From contig NC_000962.3 in the NCBI RefSeq assembly GCF_000195955.2, positions 930,001 through 962,000 on the forward strand: DNA of 32,000 nt, written 5' to 3'. Of the stretch, positions 30,343-32,000 are shown in pieces. The position numbers and the translations under genes are program-made. This DNA comes from Mycobacterium tuberculosis H37Rv. GTDB lineage: Bacteria; Actinomycetota; Actinomycetes; Mycobacteriales; Mycobacteriaceae. The notes below the pieces were generated by a model, which had not been told where the DNA came from, ran no database searches, and was given only the letters and a program-made list of their open reading frames with translations. Each line of letters begins with the position of its first letter. The stretch's first letter is position 1.

Positions 30343-32000
30343 TATCGGTCGTGGGCCGACACCACCAACGTGATGCGGTGGATGGCGAAGTCACGCAGTC
30401 GCCCGGATGACGAGTCGAACGCCACCAGCTGGCCGCCCCGTAGCGTGATCGGTGCGACCACCCGCTGAGTGGCAACGCCGGCGGCATCGAGGTAGCTGAT
30501 CACCAAGGTGGCCTGGTCCTTGGCCGCGCGCTGCAACAGCGACATGGTGACCGCCGGGTCGACGCGGACATTAGCGAACGGCGCTGCGGTCACCTCACGC
30601 AGCACGGCAACCACGGCTTTCAACGCCTCGCTATTGGGTCTCGGCGGCGGTCGGTATGGCCGGCGCCGTTGCGGTGTGGGCACCCGGGCGCCGCGGGTTC
30701 GCACGTCGACAACGGCTCCGGTGGAATCTTCGGCGGCCGGGGCAAAGCCCGCGCCGCGCAACGTGACGAGGACTTCGGATATCGGAGCGGGGGACACCGC
30801 CACCGTTGGGGCCAGGGCCCGCAGTGCCAGCCCGTCGGCTTCGGGCGCCGCCACGACCTGGGCCAGTAGCGTTGGGTCCTCGCACCGCACGAACGATGCG
30901 GCCATGCCGATCCGAAGCTGGCCGTGCCGGCGCGCGACATCGTCGATGAGATATGTAAGCCCTTGTGGTACAGGAGTTTTAGAACGATTTGCGAAGAATT
31001 CCTGCAACCAGTCGCGGGACTTGCCGACATCGAGGGCATGCCGGATCGACTGCTCGCTGACGCGGTACACCATCGCCGTGCCGGCCGATTCCACGGTGGC
31101 GACGGTGGTCAGGTCGTCGGCCAGTTCGCGCTGCAGCGGCCCTGGCACCACGACGGTCAGGTCGGCCTGCACCAGGAAGTGATCGATGGGCTTGGGCAGC
31201 GCCCGAGCCATCACGCCGACCGCGGCGGCAGGGGCAGTAGCTGGCTCTAAGGCCTCGTCCAACAGTGCGCGAGCAGGCGTGCTGATCGCCCCGCGCCCCA
31301 CCAGACCCAGCGCATGGCCCTCTGTCAGCAGATCCGCGATAGGCGCAGGTTGCAATCGCCTGGCCCAACGTGGGCGGCGCCAGATCAGTGTCGCCGACGC
31401 CCGGGACGCATCGACGCCGGCGCCGGCGGGCAGCTCGGCGAGCATGCCTAGCAATAGCCGGCGATCCAGTGGGGCCGCCGTGGAGAACAGCGAATCCGAC
31501 AGGGCGCCATAGGGTTTGGCGTCGGGTCCGCGGGTACCGATTAACGCCGGCCGGCCCGGAAGGTCAAGCCAGGCGCTGGCCAGCAAGTGCCAACGCTCGG
31601 CGGGTGACATCGTGGCGAATCGATCGGCGGCCACCGTTGGCGCCCAAAAAGGTCCGTCACTGTGGGGCGGTTCGGGATCGGGCATGCCGCTGGCGATCAG
31701 TCCAGCCGCGGCCGCAATCTCGAGGATTAGGCCCAGCCGCGGCTCGTCGATTCCCGTTGCCTTGGCCAGCCGCTTGAATTCACGAACCCCCAGTCCGCCG
31801 CTGCGTAGTTCGGCAACCGGTGTGGCGCCGAGGTTTTCGAGCAGTACGTCGACTTCACGCAGTAGGTCGATGACGGCTCCGGCCGCCGCAGCGTCGGCGT
31901 CGTCGGGTGTGGTGGTGGAAACTACCGGGTCCGGCGCGGTCAACTCCATCGGACCGGGTTGTTCGCCGCGCAGCACCTGCCCGACGTGGCGGGGCAAGAT
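30342..32000 (-). CDS. Large conserved protein of unknown function upstream of XPB. It has a central XPB-N-terminal-like domain and a WYL-like C-terminal domain. It is partial: the 5' end lies beyond the right edge.
   Basis: The frame is open from the window edge to TAA at 30342-30344. The track shows 551 aa from an internal TTG, and the codon at 31998-32000 is also open. See the findings for domain evidence. Confidence 0.8.
   Translation of the reverse strand: MLPRHVGQVLRGEQPGPMELTAPDPVVSTTTPDDADAAAAGAVIDLLREVDVLLENLGATPVAELRSGGLGVREFKRLAKATGIDEPRLGLILEIAAAAGLIASGMPDPEPPHSDGPFWAPTVAADRFATMSPAERWHLLASAWLDLPGRPALIGTRGPDAKPYGALSDSLFSTAAPLDRRLLLGMLAELPAGAGVDASRASATLIWRRPRWARRLQPAPIADLLTEGHALGLVGRGAISTPARALLDEALEPATAPAAAVGVMARALPKPIDHFLVQADLTVVVPGPLQRELADDLTTVATVESAGTAMVYRVSEQSIRHALDVGKSRDWLQEFFANRSKTPVPQGLTYLIDDVARRHGQLRIGMAASFVRCEDPTLLAQVVAAPEADGLALRALAPTVAVSPAPISEVLVTLRGAGFAPAAEDSTGAVVDVRTRGARVPTPQRRRPYRPPPRPNSEALKAVVAVLREVTAAPFANVRVDPAVTMSLLQRAAKDQATLVISYLDAAGVATQRVVAPITLRGGQLVAFDSSSGRLRDFAIHRITLVVSAHDR

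Overview
High-GC (~65%) actinobacterial chromosomal DNA. From memory, gene content and order match the Mycobacterium tuberculosis complex region Rv0834c (PE_PGRS14) to Rv0862c, probably H37Rv ~930.0-962.0 kb. Locus names below are recollection, not a search result. The window holds about 30 protein genes. Left to right:
- A PE_PGRS 5' end running off the left edge, which the ORF track misses.
- Lipoprotein lpqQ, then the MenA2/MenT2 nucleotidyltransferase toxin-antitoxin pair with a striking AT-rich operator.
- VanX-like lipoprotein lpqR, a SAM methyltransferase and proline iminopeptidase pip.
- A decayed MFS fragment beside an intact MFS gene that is coupled to an orphan E1-alpha-like gene with degenerate cofactor motifs.
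- The narL/narS two-component pair.
- The copper-responsive divergent unit mmcO <-> lpqS-cysK2-MFS, with a perfect RicR-type palindrome.
- An ISL3 transposase scrap abutting a DUF488 remnant, an SDR, and the chimeric fadD16.
- The alpha-keto-acid decarboxylase pdc, three SRPBCC paralogs around the racemase-like far, and aminotransferase dapC.
- The fadA-fadB beta-oxidation operon, ended by a 25-bp perfect bidirectional terminator.
- XPB helicase ercc3, three 53-bp MIRU repeats (MIRU-VNTR locus 10 type), and the 3' two-thirds of a large conserved gene.

I saw no rRNA, tRNA or CRISPR. This is mostly core, well-annotated chromosome, so I do not claim a clearly novel system. The least-explained biology is:
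1. The module of upstream protein, MIRU mini-ORF relay and XPB. The upstream protein carries a copy of the XPB N-terminal domain and a WYL-like tail.
2. The nested four-half-site operator over a predicted leaderless menA2 promoter.
3. The pseudo-E1-alpha gene coupled to an MFS transporter.
4. A frameshifted SRPBCC paralog.
5. A possible unannotated small membrane ORF.
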